From assembly GCA_017484095.1 (NCBI GenBank), contig JAFUTU010000008.1, forward strand, positions 19,271 through 83,270: a DNA stretch of 64,000 nucleotides. The letters are read 5' to 3'. Position numbers and translations under genes: made by a program. This stretch comes from Ruminococcus sp. (GTDB lineage: Bacteria > Bacillota > Clostridia > Oscillospirales > Ruminococcaceae). The notes under the pieces were generated by a model. It did not search any database, had not been told where the DNA came from, and saw only the letters and a program-made list of their open reading frames with translations. Of this stretch, positions 63,171 through 64,000 are shown one piece after another. The stretch's first letter is position 1. Each line of letters begins with the position of its first letter.

Positions 63171-64000
63171 ATGGCAATAATAATAAGCTCAGTCTCAAGT
63201 CCGATAGGTGCCTCGCAAGATGAGATCTTTGCACGGGCAATGAAAAAAGCAGGAATAAAAAATGCAGAGAAATGCAGGCTGCATAAAACCTCTCTGGACG
63301 CCAGAAAACGCAGCGAAATACATTATGTACACTGTGTTTATGTACAACTCAGTGACAGCAAGCTGGAACAAAAGCTTGCAGAAAAGTATGACTTTGTTTC
63401 ACTTGTCAGCAGTGCAGATGTAAGACCTGTAATCTCAGACAAGAAAGTGCAGGGCAGGGTAGTTATTGCAGGCTTTGGTCCTGCTGGGATGTTTGCGGGG
63501 CTTATACTTGCAGAAAACGGCTATCGGCCGCTGATACTTGAAAGAGGTCAGTGTATAGATCAGCGTGTGGGTACAGTTGAGACGTTTATGAACGGCGGTG
63601 AGCTGAATGAGCGCTCAAATATTCAGTTTGGTGAGGGCGGCGCAGGTACGTTCTCGGACGGTAAGCTTACCACAAGGATAAAGGACCCTCTGTGCAGATA
63701 TGTTCTGGAAGCTTTTGTGCGCTTCGGCGCTCCCGAAGAGATATTAACAAAAGCTAAGGCTCATATAGGTACCGATAAGCTAAGAACTGTAGTAAAAGCA
63801 ATTAGAGAGCGTATAATCGAGCTCGGCGGAGAGATATTGTTTGATACTAAGCTTTACGATATAGCTGCTGACAACGGCATAGTTTCAAAGGTCTGCTATG
63901 AGGGCGGAGAGACAGAGGTTTCTTCGCTGGTGCTGGCTATCGGCCACAGTGCAAGAGATACTTTTGAGATGCTTTGTTCAAAAAGCATTTTTATGGAGCC
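63171..64000 (+). CDS. FAD-dependent oxidoreductase-like protein (COG2509-like), 3' truncated by the window end
   Basis: Absent from the ORF track because it runs off the window. ATG 63171 follows AGGAG. I translated it by hand and it is open to 64000. Contains VVIAGFGPAGMFAG (GxGxxG) and GEGGAGTFSDGKL. Confidence 0.75.
   Translation, partial: MAIIISSVSSPIGASQDEIFARAMKKAGIKNAEKCRLHKTSLDARKRSEIHYVHCVYVQLSDSKLEQKLAEKYDFVSLVSSADVRPVISDKKVQGRVVIAGFGPAGMFAGLILAENGYRPLILERGQCIDQRVGTVETFMNGGELNERSNIQFGEGGAGTFSDGKLTTRIKDPLCRYVLEAFVRFGAPEEILTKAKAHIGTDKLRTVVKAIRERIIELGGEILFDTKLYDIAADNGIVSKVCYEGGETEVSSLVLAIGHSARDTFEMLCSKSIFME

Noticed and set aside
1-64000. Search for CRISPR arrays, tRNA/rRNA genes, prophage or known defence-system gene sets
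   Set aside because: No regularly spaced direct repeats, no cloverleaf-like or rRNA-like segments in the intergenic gaps, and no nuclease, helicase, methylase, reverse-transcriptase or toxin-antitoxin style gene pairs were seen. The only mobile DNA is the single IS3-family element.

Overview
This 64-kb chromosomal window comes from a low-GC, endospore-forming Firmicute. Clostridia, Ruminococcus/Oscillospiraceae-like, is only an inference from gene content. Most of the content is core metabolism. In order: (1) a long minus-strand purine operon (purE-C-F-M-N-purO-[GH25 lysozyme]-purH-[two lipoprotein genes]-purD, 89-9969) behind an unclassified leader that contains a terminator; (2) rsmA and spoIIE; (3) the glycogen operon glgB-C-D-A; (4) an HD hydrolase; (5) a DUF1294-ispE-zinc-ribbon-radical SAM gene string; (6) two His15-less HPr-like genes, mtaB and a stand-alone purL; (7) T-box-controlled leuA; (8) galT plus a second branching enzyme; (9) a GH2-like hydrolase, a VanY-like/esterase pair and an orphan P-loop ATPase; (10) a six-gene teichoic-acid-like glycopolymer cluster (LicD/TagF/TarI, 42.9-51.2 kb); (11) purA; (12) a MoxR-DUF58-transglutaminase triad; (13) one intact IS3-family element; (14) ispF, pheA, cdaA-cdaR and a truncated FAD-protein gene. 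I saw no rRNA, tRNA, CRISPR array or recognisable defence system. The main oddities are: a PurF that lacks the N-terminal catalytic Cys and the glutaminase motifs; envelope genes embedded in the pur operon; an unassigned pur leader; a Lys/Ala-rich tail on GlgB; and an IS that sits in a palindromic intergenic site and carries a hairpin able to occlude its own RBS. All motif matches were made by eye, with no database search.
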